Part shown: positions 42,262 through 55,719 of the stretch, piece by piece | Position numbering within the stretch: position 1 is the first letter of the stretch | Layout: every line of letters begins with the position of its first letter | Origin: Lingula anatina | Lineage: Eukaryota; Animalia; Brachiopoda | Length of the DNA stretch: 64,000 bases | Reading direction: 5' to 3' | Assembly: GCA_051362555.1 (NCBI GenBank) | Contig: CM120649.1 | Span: forward strand, 8,680,001 to 8,744,000 | The notes under the pieces: generated by a model | What the model was told of the DNA's origin: nothing | The model's input: only the letters and a program-made list of their open reading frames with translations | Databases searched by the model: none | Program-made: the position numbers and the translations under genes

Positions 42262-42829
42262 CTATCTATTGAAAAACCCCATTAACGATTCCCTTATATC
42301 TTTTCCTCGAAACCGTGCCCTCTCCTCTCTAGGTGGTGGATGATACCCTCTATGTTCATGGTCCTGCTCTACTTGCAAAATAAACTCAAAATTCATTTCA
42401 TGTTTGTGAACTAAAGAAATATTATGTAAAGCAAAACATGCCATTAAAAGATGCAAAACAAATTCAGTGTCAAAATCAATATGATATTGGAGAATGCTCC
42501 ATTTCTTTTTCGTCCTCCCAAAACAACATTCGATGGGCATCCTTGCCCGAGAACGTCTATAATTATAATTAGTATGCAACCTATTTAAGTGTCCATTATC
42601 TGGGAAGGGCCTCATTAGGTAGGGCTTCAGCGGGTAGGCAGAAACTCCCAAAATAAACAATGGGACATCTATTCCTTCAATTTTTCTTACATGTTGATCA
42701 TCCATTGGGAACAGCCTCCCCTCTTCTGCCTTCCTGTAGACATTCGAATTTGCCCAAACCCTGGCATCATGGACACTGCCAGGCCACCCCACAACGACAT
42801 CCAACACTGGTCTCATGGTCACACACAAC
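42262..42829 (-). pseudogene. Harbinger (DDE_Tnp_4, HARBI1-like) transposase, last exon
   Basis: VVCDHET/LDVVVGWPGSVHDARVW..LGVSAYPL..SRARMPIECCFGRTKKKW..ACFALHNI; frameshift near 42806 and the conserved GDSAY Asp replaced by Val. Confidence 0.92.
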
Positions 42830-43719
42830 CTAAAAATGGAAAAAATATCAAGCTCATGCCACGTAATGACTAAAAAATATTGTCACTTTAAACTGAAGGA
42901 AGGATACAGCAAGGTCAGAAAGTTTCTTATCCCCAAATTAATCATGAAAAATTTTTTTTTAGTCAGCTTATGAAAAAAAATTTTTTTGGTAGTTAGGTGT
43001 AAGACTAATATTTTTATTTAGGATATTCTGCACTTAGTAAATAGAAAATTAAAATAATAATATAATAGTCTCACGTTTATTACTATTAATTTAGTGTTCT
43101 ATTTCCAAGTATTGCTACAACAATATTGTTATTGCTAGCTATCACAAGTCTATTTTTTACCTGAGCAACAAGGGAATAAATAAATAATTTGATAGTGATA
43201 ATGACAGTTGTATAAAGTACAAGTAAATGAAACTTACAATTTTATGTGTTGTTAAAATTTGGTTTTGGGTATGTATATTGTGGTTTTTACAAGTCTTAGT
43301 AAAATTTGGGTGTGGACACATGGATAATTTCAAAAGTAGTGTAGTATTTATCTGTTTGTTTCTTTATATCTATATGTAATGTGCTCTAAGGTTTTTGTCA
43401 GTTATTTAAGCAGTTTTTTTTTTTTTTTATAGATTTGGACCATACGTACGCACGTATACAGTCACACAAGTTTGTGTAGAGACAATAAATCTTATGAGTA
43501 CAAATACAGTCTCCTCTTTTTGTATCGAAGTGTCACCCATCACATTTCAAGTTCAAATAATTTTATGTCCTCTTTTGTATGACAAAATTCTTGCTTCTTA
43601 GGTGTCTGCATAAAAATGAACTGCTTACTCTAGGTGGCATTGTCTATTATTCAATAGGGGTGTGTGGACTATACTAAACCGAAGGGGTGGTAGGTTATGT
43701 CCTTTACACTAAGTTTATT

Positions 43720-45936
43720 CAAGAAGTTATAATGAGAAGGAGTAGAAACAAGGGGTTTCCTTTCATCCTATCCTCGTAACGGGCTTAATCCTTATAATTA
43801 CCCAGCTTGTGGTCTTAGGGAGAGCTTGTGCCTAATACATATTCAAAAGACCGTTCACATGGGTTGCTTCAGCCAATTGGGATAAAGCCTCGCGAAGTCT
43901 CTAATAATCTCACAGAGAAAACATGGTGGGATTACAGAAAGGTGTAGAGAGAGATTTCCAGTCTGGACGCAACTATTTCGGGAAATAAAACTCAAATCAT
44001 GCGAGATACACCTTCATTTGATCTAGAGCCGATCAGTTATACAAAAATTAGTTTGAATGTATGAGAATGTATGAGAACAATTTCACAAACCCACCTTCAA
44101 CGCTAAAATTTGCACCTGTAGAAGTCTCATATTTATTTTAAATTATTTTTGTCGTGTAAAGGCGTGTAAAAGAAATATACCTTCATCTTGGAATGACACA
44201 TTCAATTCACAGCCGTGTACACAAAACAGTAGTACTTGCAATTTCCGTATGCCAGCCTTGTTTCTTTCTTTTTTGGCACATTATTGCTTATATACCAGGT
44301 AGAGCTTAAACAGGAAAATTGGGGAAATGAAAATAAGTTATTGCACTTAGTACGATTCTAAATAAAATTTCATTATTACATATTTTTGTTTATACCTTTG
44401 TCTATTACATGAGGCCAACTAATAGTAGACTGATAGTTTAAATTCATTAGAAGAAAAAATCAAAGAAATATTTTTATTGATTGATATTGCTTTATTTCAA
44501 CATTCGAGCAACTTGTATAATATCTAAAACAAAGTACCAGCAATGAAAATATATCAATATTGTTACACCCAACAGTGATTAAAGCAATACAAAAATGGTT
44601 AGTTTTTATTTTGATGTGGTGATTATTTTATTTTATACTTTAGACAATTAGCCAGTGAACACTAAATTCCCTTTTAAAACTTTGACCACTAAATTCCCTT
44701 TTAAAACTTGCACCTCTTGTGCACTATAGTTTAATATTAGTGGTGGTAAGAAAACAGAGCCTTGTGCCTCATCAAGTTGCTGCTGGAAACAATTATTTTG
44801 CCAGCAAAACTAAAGATCTTTCACCTGCATTCTCTTCAACCTGAAATGAGTAAGTGCGGAATTCATTACAAAATATAACTGTATATCCTAAATGAAACTC
44901 TGCAAACATCATATTGCAATAAAAAATTGAAAAAAAATTCCGAGAGTTCCCTGTCATCAAATTTTGGACCCACCATTTTGAAAAAGTCCCATGAAAAGTT
45001 GTTTATTTGAAACGATGTTTTTCATCTAAAGGATTGATTCATTTAATACCAAAGTGATGTATTGTAATGATGCACGTCCTTAACTAACCAGAAAAACATA
45101 AATTATCTGCATACACCACGTTAAAATTACCAAAAATTGTCCCAAACTGTCACCCAACTGTCTCTAACCAATTTAGGGACCCGCCATTTTGAAAAAGTCG
45201 GATGAAAAGTTGTCTATTTGAAACGATGTTTTTCATCTAAAGGATTGACTCATTTAATATTACAATGATGTATTGTAATGATGCACGTGCTTAACTAACC
45301 AGAAAAACATAAATTATGTGCATACATCACGTTAAAATTACCAAAAATTGTCCCAAACTGTCACCCAACTGTCTCTTGTGACCCGCCATTTTGAAAAAGT
45401 CCGATGAAAAGTTGTCTATTTGAAACGATGTTTTTCATCTAAAGGATTGATTCATTTAATACCAAAGTGATGTATTGTAATGATGCACGTGCTTAACTAA
45501 CCAGAAAAACATAAATTATGTGCATACATCACGCACTTAAGAAGAAAAAAGTCCTAAACATGGAGGTCCCGCTGAATCGGCCTCAGATCTTCGAGCTAAC
45601 GCTGCTTTCTGCACTGACAAATTTGACTGACAGCCACCGTATGAACATAAAACAATGCTCAAAGCAGATTATCAACTCTCACTCACCTTTATATCGCTCG
45701 ACTTGGCGTTTTTCTAAGTATAACTTCCAAATATTCTCATTAATCATGAATAAATCAAGACGTATACGCACTGGTTCAGCTTCTCCGTCTTCAGTCACGC
45801 GGAGGCGAGCGGAGGATTAGACCAGTTACGAGGATCGAATTTCAAAGGACGCCGCTTTGAAAAGAATGCTGCGATCTGATTGGACGAGAGAGATAATTGA
45901 TGCCCCGTTTCTACTCCTCCTCATTATAACTTCTTG
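43720..45936. mobile_element. Non-autonomous DNA transposon, P-element-like (2.2 kb)
   Basis: 30-bp TIR CAAGAAGTTATAATGAG(A/G)AGGAGTAGAAAC; 7-bp TSD GTTTATT at 43713-43719 and 45937-45943. Confidence 0.8.
44966..45533. repeat. ~200-211-bp tandem repeat (~2.7 units) inside the P-like element
   Basis: gaccc(a/g)ccattttgaaaaagtc at ~44967, ~45178, ~45380. Confidence 0.92.
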
Positions 45937-46657
45937 GTTTATTACACTGATGAACAAGATGTAGTGCTTATGCATTTAATCAGTGTGTGCAGTGGTGCAG
46001 TCAATCTTTAAATGATAAGGGTGTTGGAAGAACCAGCGGGTGACCATTAAACGTTCTAATATTTAATCACGGGAAAATCACGTATCACCAGGTATAATGT
46101 CTTCGTTTCACGAAGGGCAGAGAATAAACAATTGCATTCACAAGTCGCGTGAATGGGGTGCTTCACGAATCACGCTAAATAAGATGAACGTTTCACACAC
46201 CTCAATAAATAAATAGCTGTTTTTTATACAGATTTATTCTGTACATTTTTCTCTTAGAATTTGAGCAGCATTTATTTGATTTTGATTAAATACTTCAAGT
46301 TAATCGGATATTTCAGGTACATGTTATGTTGCGTTTCTCTTGTTTTTAATTTTCCCATATTTTTAATGTTATTTTATTTCTTTAGCCTATGCATTTTGTA
46401 GGTGTTTTGGTGACAACATTTCATCTTTCCTTGGAAGCTAGGCTTCATCGCCTTACTCAATGTGAACAAAAAAACCTAATAAGTAGAATTTTAAAAAAAG
46501 GGTCGGGCAATTAGGGCACACATAATTGGCATGCTATTTAACGAACGGCCACTCTCTGCAAATATGTTAAGTCGATGAATAAGTAGAAATTCGTTTTTGT
46601 TTTCATCATATGTTTACCATATGTCAGATAAATAATGGAAAAAGCCTGACTACTTAA

Positions 46658-46994
46658 AGGGATAATAACTCTTCGTATGAGATCTATATTTCACAATAAA
46701 ACCATTGTGCATAACTCATAGAAATATAATATATTCTGTTTTACCACAAAAACGGCAGTTATAGCTATTATTCTGATATCTGAGCTCGTCTTTAGACCAC
46801 GTGACCTCCACTGATGGCTATACTCTGTTAAAATCTCTTAAGAGATTTTAACAAAAAACCAAACTTTTTAGAAAAAAACCAGGGACTAACTTTGAATGTA
46901 AAAATGGATTCATTAACCATTGGTAAGTATGGGAAAATTGTTGTTTACTCCAGGAAAATTCAGTTTTTTGCCGAAACGAAGAGTTATTATCCCT
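46658..46994. mobile_element. Kolobok-type MITE (337 bp), inverted copy of 4728-5064
   Basis: TTAA at 46654-46657 and 46995-46998; perfect TIR AGGGATAATAACTCTTCGT. Confidence 0.9.
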
Positions 46995-47579
46995 TTAAGA
47001 ATCTGTGACATTCCTATAATTGTACGTTTGCTTAGATTTTGTTCTGGAAAGTGGTATTTAAATGTGGTTCGTATTTATTTGCGTATTTATTTTACTAGGT
47101 AAATTTTTAATGGTATTCACTATTGTTTAGGGTGTGCGTATAATGAGTGTACAAACTAATACATTAGTGTAAGATTACTTTCCACTTGTGAAATATAGTA
47201 GCTGTATTGCGCTTTATAAACATAATTCCAACTGCATTGTAATGGTTATTGTTGTTTTTTGCAATAAATTACTATAATTGAAAATTCACAAGCCTTCCTC
47301 TCATTAAATGAAATGCTACATGAATTTGAAACATTATCAGTGCTATAAGTAATTGAAATAAGTATAATTGTCCTTATTTGATTAGATAAGGGTAATAAAG
47401 ACTAACCTAAAATCGCCTTTACTTGATCGGAAAAGGGTATGTTCAAGCATAGAAGATGCTTATAATGGAAAGCTACAATGGTATGTTGGCAGTTTTATTA
47501 TCTATACAATTATTTATTACATGTTTCTTTTTTACCGATAGAAATTAAAATATCAGTGTCCCGTATGATTATAACCTAC

Positions 47580-48330
47580 CTCCACATCCCAGGTGTTGGT
47601 AAGTGCAGGGCTAATTCGTTGATCAGATATTCAAACGTCTCCCGCTTCATTCTGAAACTTTCTTGCCAGTCCCTATCATCAAATGTTTCATTAACGATTC
47701 TCTCCCACCAATGGCTTGACCTAAAACAATAAAACTACATAACAATAAATACAAAAAAAATGCATTATGCATACATTTCTAGTATAAAAACTAATCAGGC
47801 TTAAATATAATTCCCTAGTTTATTGTTGAGACTGTTCTATAACAAAATTATTCTTGCATATGAACAATGTTAATATAATGGTTTCATAGATAAATACATT
47901 TACCTTAGCTAGGTGCACACATGTATATATTCTCCTTTAGTTACTGTTTCACACACTTAATATTTCTCAAACTTTTTTTTTTTGTGTGTGTGTGTGTGGG
48001 GGGGGGGGTTTATACCTGATGAGATGATTCACCTCATCTGGATTTCAGAATTTGGGGTCCATAATACATTGAAATCGCCGTAAAATAGTCGTGAAGTCGT
48101 GTAAGGAAACGAACACGAGGAAAATGTCACATTGTTGAAACATTCCCTGTTGATAAAAACAGCAAACATTACCTTTCCTGAGACCAGATAGTCCTCTCAG
48201 GTGAAACGATCAGCAAAGACAACAAAAGCAGCATCAACTGTTTTCGCCTCCTAGCTCGCATTCTATAAAATCTCATCCTCCGTTGCCGCATCGCTTGCCA
48301 TCGGATCATGACGGTTGCACTCATATCTGT
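47580..48330 (-). pseudogene. Harbinger transposase, 5' exons
   Basis: Exon ending 48173 (..LLLLSLLIVSPERTIWSQER) splices in phase 2 to 47720-47580 (SSHWWERIVNETFDDRDWQESFRMKRETFEYLINEL); the middle exons with the first Asp were not found. Confidence 0.85.
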
Positions 48331-48617
48331 CTTGTGTATAGCTTCTTCATCTTCTTCGTCTTGTTGTTGCACAAAATCGACAAACACTTTTCAAAGCAAC
48401 TGCAACCACCATTAACTTTCTAACTTCCTACTGCACATGCGTCAAGGTATCAGAATCTCCTCCGAGCACAGCCGAGAATTAATTACAGCTTTGGAAGTAA
48501 CTGGCTCGCGTTGCCAGTAATTATGCTGCGGGGTACTCGTGGCACAGACCGTGATCACAAGATACCGCGAATAGAAAATAGATTTTTAGAAAATAGATTT
48601 TCCATGTGAACGGTCCC

Positions 48618-49183
48618 TTAGTTGGTAAAAACCTTCATAGCTCAATCCATGGTGATCAATGCTTGTGTTGGGGTAAGGTTTTCTAGAACGTCTGCTTTCC
48701 CTAATTCTTGGTTCTTGGACCTCACTATGTGATTTTCCACAAGAAGATTGAATCTCTAGATTTTCTGAAGTCAAACAGCATTTCCTCTTTCTGCTCAGGG
48801 TACCTATGTGAAAAAGTTATTGTGAGAAGCATGTAATAATAATATAAATAATGATATAAAGAAACAGACACATATATAATTCATTATGCATATGAAGACA
48901 CATCAAGTTCATTTCTGATACCTTCTTAATATTTACCTGAAACTTGTCATTTCATCCATTATGACCACTTCAATGTCATCCAAAACAGCAGAAAGACCAT
49001 CTCAGCTACCACAGGCCATATTGTGATCATGGTTGCATTGAGCAGGAAGTGACAAGGCATAACTTATACAGTGGTCAGCACACTGATCCTTCTTTATTAT
49101 ATGTAGTTTGTAGTCTGACTTCAGATAGTTCTTGGCATCTCTTAGTCTGGAGTGTTGTTCTTTAACCCATGCACTAGAAAACC
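48618..49183 (-). pseudogene. 5' part of the Sola3-like transposase
   Basis: Exon 49183-48937 LRDAKNYLKSDYKLH..CADHCISYALS..CNHDHNMAC; exon 48803-48618 WK.HIVRSKNQELGK..ALITMD*AMK/FLPT, continuing at 40279. Confidence 0.75.
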
Positions 49184-50703
49184 CTAAAATATGAATATTA
49201 TTAAAAAAAAAAACAGTCTTAAATTTTAATTCCAAATATTGACATTTGTTTGGATAGAAAAAAAATAATAGCTATTTTTATCATTATTATTATTATATTT
49301 ATCAATTCTAACCAAATGTCATTGGTGTTTTCGCTAGTGACATTTAATGTTGTCATTTTATTGCACTTCGTCATATAATTGTTACTTTCTTACCACTGTT
49401 TGCTAATCATAATGTCCAGATAACTGTTAATTACCTAAAACATAAAGCATGTTATAGCTCTCATATATGAGAAATATCAAACAGTAGAAAGAGAAATCAA
49501 TGCCTAAAGACTTCTTAGGTTGAGTATGTACTATCAGTAACAAGGCAAATACTGCAAGGCATTATTTAAGTCTATGTGGCTTATTTTCAGGAAAGATGAG
49601 ATAAGATGCTTATATTTTACCTGTGTAACAAACCTGTTATCAGCACGCATCCCATCAATGTATTTTGATTGTGTTTTGTTCCTTTGGTGAACTTGGTTCC
49701 ACAACACACTTTCTATTGGTGGAACTGTTGGTTTTGCTACAAAATAATTTAATAATTTTTATAATAATATTCCACCTTATACCCCGCAAACATTTAAAGA
49801 GATAATGAGTACGGCTGTAATTCGTGGAGACTTACTAGGCTGATCATGTTGAAACCCAATGGGGAATACCCCCTTTAAGGGTCTGCCGCTAGATGGCGTG
49901 GGGGTGAAAGCAGTCCTTCTAAAATCTCGCAGAATCTCGCCCACGGCTTTACACCAGAGTTTAACATGGAGCGTGTGCACGCGTCGCTGACAGTGAACCA
50001 ACTCAAACGCAATTTACTTGAATGTGGTGCCATAACATCTTGATGAAAATGTGAATTGACTGGAAGGTATGTGTTTTCTTTTCATTTAGTGCTTGAAAAA
50101 CACGAATGCTAACTATTTTCCTTGAAAAAATCAAAAATTAGTCGAGGTGTGTGTGTCAAATCTGACATGTTATGTACATGTAGACTACTGTAGGCCTACA
50201 AGTAGGCCTACGCTCATATTTTGTTTTAGTAGCACGAAAGATTTTTATACTTAGTAAATGTACTTATTTATTTTCTTTATAAGGTTACCCAAAGAAGGCC
50301 CATATATCGGGGGCAAAGCCTGAAACTGTTGATTTCAGGACCCCAGGACAGCCAACTTCAAGAGCAGGATAAAATGATTACTTCAGGAATCTTACCTATC
50401 ACTTCACATCAGCGGCAAAGATTGATGTAGCCACCAGTAATGCCTACCCTAAAGCTGACTTACAGGCGGCTGTGATGGACAACTATTGCCAAGTGCCATG
50501 AAAAGAATAACGCATGGATAGAGGGAATGATGTAAGTGAAAACAGAGGTCTACTATTAAGAATCGGGCCAAAATATGAGAAAGAATTATCAAACTAGGTG
50601 ATAGGTGACATCATAGAATTATAATATTGTATCTAAACTAATCTAAATTGTATCTATTTAATGCTGTAACCATCTACCATGCTTTAATGGGATATGAATA
50701 TTT

Positions 50704-53700
50704 TAGTTAGGCGGCTAAGCCAAAAAATTGTGCAAAAGTTGATAAAAGCATGAAACTTGCCACGATGAATGACCATTGGGTGTTTGTCAATTTTGGATCG
50801 GGGGGCAATTCCAAAATTCACAAGTACCCGGATGAGCGGCTTTCTTAAAATATGCTGATTCAGCATTTTTACGTACATCCAAAATTCCCTTAAACGAGCA
50901 CTTCCGGCGTTAATTATGATAATATGAATAAATGTGAGAAACATACACTTACTGTGCACATCTATAACAGTTATAATGACGTCATGATGATGTCACTGGG
51001 TGATATTGCACAATACATGCGAATATCTACTGACTTCCATATACTAAATAGTCGAACCTTGCAATGATCTTTCCTGTAAACATCCATTACAGAAATCCAT
51101 CCTTTAGGGCTAGAAAGGTTAAGTTAGCTTGGTGTCTAATTCCAAGACATTGAGCATTTTCAATATGGCCGTCAATTTTGAGGGAAAATAGAAAATCAAC
51201 CAAAAGTCTACAGATATACTTTATTTGTGGCTCTTGTGAACCTATTTCCTGTCAGAAAAACACAGTAGGATAATTGACTGCGTACTAGCGCGTTTCTGGT
51301 ATGGATAAACCAAAATGGCCGCCAACGCATACAGCAGAGGATGAAGTATAGAAGTAAAATCAGTCTATTACTGGTATAATTAGTTTAATTAAAACTTTTA
51401 ACGCCTTCGATTTTTATGTTCATTTGGATTTTTCATTGGCCACTATCCTTACCTATCATTAAAAGCTTTTTTTACATTCAAAAATAAAAAAAAATGTAAA
51501 TGAAAAAGAGAAAGAATAATTTTCAAAGAAAATAAAATAATAAAAAATAACAAATAAAAAATAATTAAAAATAATATAAAAATACATAAAAAATTCAATT
51601 ACGGACTTATTTTGGTATTTTTTTTGGTGGCAGTCTGAACTGCTAGAGCACGTGGATTTTAATGCAAAATTACCATTCAGCAGTCAGTTGTTACCATCTC
51701 AGCCATGTGACATTAACATAAATTATATACATGTATATTTCACTCAGTTGCTGATGAACGCAACCAAACCACCTTGTTTCCCACTGACGATCTTCCACTA
51801 ATGCGGCCCTTGAACAAATGTGGAAATTGCCTTCTTGTCTCCCTCGAATCGTTGACAATCTCCCCCCGACCTTATTCATATTGCCTTCTCGTTTTGCTCG
51901 GATTCATAACTATCTCCCACTAATGATTTTTCTGCTGACGAAGTCCCTAAAACGAATATGAAATTTACCTTCTCGTCTCGCTCGGATCGCAAACGATATT
52001 CGGCTGACAATGTTAAAATTGCCTCTTCATCTCGTTTGGATTGCTAAATGCCATTTGCTACATATGCCGTAAAATGAAATCATATACGGTTTTCCATGCA
52101 ATTTTTATGGCATTGTAAGTGGCTATTTGCTACGGCAAATACATTTACATTACATGCTTGTGCCATGCCTTGTCGCTAATTAATATGAGCTTACGGATAT
52201 GAAGGGAAAATTCGGTTTGTCGACTGAAACTGATCATACCGAGTCCGTTCAGTCTCAGTGCATTTGCTGCACGCCTTCCGTGTGGCTTTCTTGAAGATAG
52301 ACGATGTTGGCGCATATTCCTAGGATTTTTAGCATCCACGTGGTCAAAAGAAAAACACACAACTTCAAATCTGTGCATGTGAATTACAATATTTTAAAGA
52401 CCTTTGCTATTGTTATGCCCCCTTAGCCCACCAAAGAAGGAAAAGAAGCTATCTCACGCTGACGATATGCCGCTAACGAACTCCTTTGCTCTAATATGAA
52501 AATTGCTTTCTCGTCTCTCTCGGATCGAAAACGACATCCCGCAGAAGGTATGAAAACTGCCTTAGCGTCTCGGTTGGATTGGTAACAATCGTCCGCTGCC
52601 AATCATCCGCGGACAAAATCCCTTGAAAGAATATGAAAATTGCTTTCTCGTCTCGCTCAGATCGCAAACAATCTCCCTCTGTAAATATGTAAATTGCCTT
52701 CGCGTCTTGAGAATGATCTACCGCTGACAATCTCCCGCAAACGTAGCCCCTACTGAACGAATATGAAAATCGACTTTTCCTCTGTTAGCGCTGTCAAGTG
52801 ATGCTTGAAGGTCTGATAGGTTTTAGCTTTCAGGCAGCGGTCCAAATGGTGGCTGGGCGGTTCGCTGAAAAAAAGCCTAATCAAAAATCTAACCTAAGTT
52901 GTAAATGTCTTTAGCCTTATTTTTCAAACATAAAGGGGTAACTGCTGACATATTAGAGATGACTGACTGCTTAATCGAAGAAGAAACGTGATTAATATAC
53001 CTCCTTTCCTTTTTGTTTTATTACGTTGCCTTCCAAGTGTATAATTTTACTGACATACAATGTATATGTAGATTTCATTCGTTTAAAATCTTTTTCAGTG
53101 AAAAAAAATATAATTTACCATCTTTTTACCTGCCTTTTCCGTACTTTTTGGTGGCCCTTTTTGTTATTTCTATTAAAATGACTTGCAGATTATGTAAAAG
53201 AAAATCCTAATACACACTACCTCTGTGTTTGTAAACATTCAAATAGACTTAAATGAAGAATATACACACACTGTATATAGTTTGATGTAAATTGCTATTT
53301 ATGTCCTTTTACGTAAAAATTGGCAGCCATTTTGGGTTACAAAAAGTGTCCCAGAAGCTACTAAAGCAAAGATAAGTTGACTTTTCTAACCCAAAAGGAT
53401 ACAATTCTTTTTCTAACAATTGCAGAAAACAACACAGGATTGTGCAACTATTGGACCAATTGGAGTGGCAACTTAACTACTTGGAGGGCTTACTCCCTCA
53501 CCACACATAATTTGAATATTTTACAAGCAGATAATGGTAGTGTAGGATAATCGCTAACGAAAAATCACGATGAACGGAGAAATCAAAGAAGAATATGCTG
53601 TTGATTAGACTGATAATACCAGAAGTATGCTGATTTTCCTGATTTTCTTTACCCTTTTCTCTACCCTGTGTTTTGGCCGCCATTTTTCTCGGTAACAGTG

Positions 53701-54301
53701 ACGTGCTAGGGTGTAGTCTTGTACCCTACAGTGTTCTTCCGACAGGAACACATTCACAGGAGCCCCAAATAAAGTATATCCGTCAACTTCTGGTTGTTTT
53801 TCTATTTTCCTAAAAAATTGACGGCCATTTTGAAAAATGCTCAATGTCTAGGAAGTAGCAACCAAACTAATTTCTCTTTCTAGCCCTAAAGGGGGCATTT
53901 CTGTTATAAAAAAATAGCGGGAAAGAAACAGTTAGACTATTGTTCCTATGGAAGAAAGTGGATATTTGTCATTCTACGGTATATTGTGCAATATCACCCA
54001 GTGACGCCATTGTGACGTTATCATTGCTCTAATAAATATGCACGGTGAGCGTACGTTTTAAAAATATATTTATGATATCATAATAAGTGCTGGTAGTGCT
54101 TGTTTTGATGAAATCTAAATGTACATAAAATGCTGAGTCAGCATATTTAAGAGAGCCGCTCATCCGGGTACTTGTGAATTTTGGAGTTGCCCCCCGATCT
54201 AAAATTGACAAACACCCAATGGTCATTCATCGTGGAAAGTTTCATGCTTTTATCAACTTTTGCACAATTCTGGAAATAATTTGGACTTAACCGGCGGACT
54301 A
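50704..54301. mobile_element. Non-autonomous Academ-type element (3.6 kb) with ~700-bp imperfect TIRs
   Basis: TAGTTAGGCGGCTAAG / CTTAACCGGCGGACTA termini; arms ~50704-51450 and ~53540-54301 are inverted homologues; TTT on both flanks. Confidence 0.8.
51815..52780. repeat. Degenerate ~60-70-bp repeats inside the Academ element (two clusters)
   Basis: aatatgaaaattgccttctcgtctcgctcggatcg-like motif at 51820-52045 and 52490-52780. Confidence 0.7.
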
Positions 54302-54999
54302 TTTCAGGTTGAGGAACAAACAGCGAAGGACACTGAGTAAGCAAGTTATAACAAGGAAAGAGTGCAATCTGACACAAGGAGAGACAATGGCGGATCACTA
54401 CCTCAAGATTTGGAGAGATAATTGCAGCTACAGAGAAGAAGTATATAAACAAACTGTATGAATCATTGTTGTGTCCAAAACCATTGCAGACACGTGACAG
54501 TTGGACCAGGACCTGATTTCCCCTTTTGGAATGTGTATCTCGTGCACAAATCTGGGCCTAAAGAAAACCTGCAAATACTTTACTCAGTTAGAAGGCCAGA
54601 TGTTCATTACGAATCGCCCATTCTGCTATTTTGTTGTGTTTACATTCAAAGATCTGTTTGTGAGGTTGATTCATTCTGACACTGGATATTTTTCTACATG
54701 TATTTTGCCAAGGATAACTTTTTTTAATGAAAAACACTATAGGAAGTATGTGTCAGCTAGTTTATAGAAAGTACCCCTGTATGAGATGGTTTTAGCTGCA
54801 ATCACAATTTTGAAGTGCCATTAAAATAAAATGTTTTAACTAAAATGAAATAATTTGGTGGTGCTATATTCTTTACAAAAAGTACTTATGTGTTTATGCT
54901 GTTTTTAATAATATTTAACTGTAATGAGAAAAAAACTATGATGCTATTTTGTAAAGTATTTTTAGCGGGATGAAATAATTTGATAGTTGTATTTACAGC

Positions 55000-55630
55000 A
55001 AATAATTTGGTTTTTCTGCTTTTAAAAGAATTTTCAAAGTACTGACATAATGTGGTGGTTCTATTCAAGTAAAATAATTCATAAGTACTATTTTGTAAAA
55101 AGGAACAAAAAAACTGTTCATTTGTAAAATGTTTGCTTTCTTTAATTTTTATTTCTTAAACTGTTACAAAAAGTTTTCCATACCTACAGTAATCCATTGG
55201 CTGAGAAATTGCAGCTATATAATCAGGAAAGTTATAGCACAAATAAATTTTCTAAGTATTACATGGTTTCATGGTTTTTACTATGGACTGAATAATTATA
55301 ATTAAATAAAACATTTTGTTTAAATAAAACATTTGGTTTTGCTGCTTTTTAATGACTTTTCAGAGCGATGAAATAATATGGTGTTTCTACTCAAGTAAAA
55401 CAATTCAGAAGTGCTATTTTGTAAAAAAAGAATAAAAACTGTTCATTTATAAAATGTTTTCTTTCTTAAAATTTTATTTCTTAAACTGTTACAAAAAGAT
55501 TTCCAAACATGCATTATTCCATTGGCTGAGAAATTGCATCTATACATGTACAAATAAATTATCTAACTATACCTAGTTTTATGATTCTTACGATGTACTG
55601 AATAATTTTTTTAAATAAAAATAATTATTT
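55000..55630. repeat. ~326-bp tandem duplication between the ISL2EU genes
   Basis: aaaactgttcattt..tttatttcttaaactgttacaaaa..tccattggctgagaaattgca present twice. Confidence 0.85.
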
Positions 55631-55719
55631 AATTAACATTACCGGTCATGCTCAATACATCAATAAAAAATGATATTACTTAATAACACAACCTTATGCT
55701 GGTAGAAGGCTACCGGCAC

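Larger units (their letters stand above)
40280..48617. mobile_element. Decayed autonomous-type PIF/Harbinger element (Myb gene + transposase, convergent)
   Basis: Right TIR ccatgtgaacggtccc ending 48617 followed by TTA; left TIR lost; boundaries coincide with the break in the Sola3-like exon. Confidence 0.8.
49966..54767 (+). pseudogene. SAP domain + YqaJ/lambda-exonuclease protein of ISL2EU
   Basis: Exon 49966-50066 SLTVNQLKRNLLECGAITS**KCELTGR (SAP); exon from 54308 QGKSAI*HKERQWRITTSRFGEI .. LKKTCKYFTQLEGQMFITNRPFCYFVVFT (YqaJ motifs); stops and deletions. Confidence 0.85.

Noticed and set aside
42262-42829. Domesticated HARBI1 host gene
   Set aside because: Frameshift, loss of a catalytic Asp, an adjacent Myb partner and a TIR indicate a dead transposon copy
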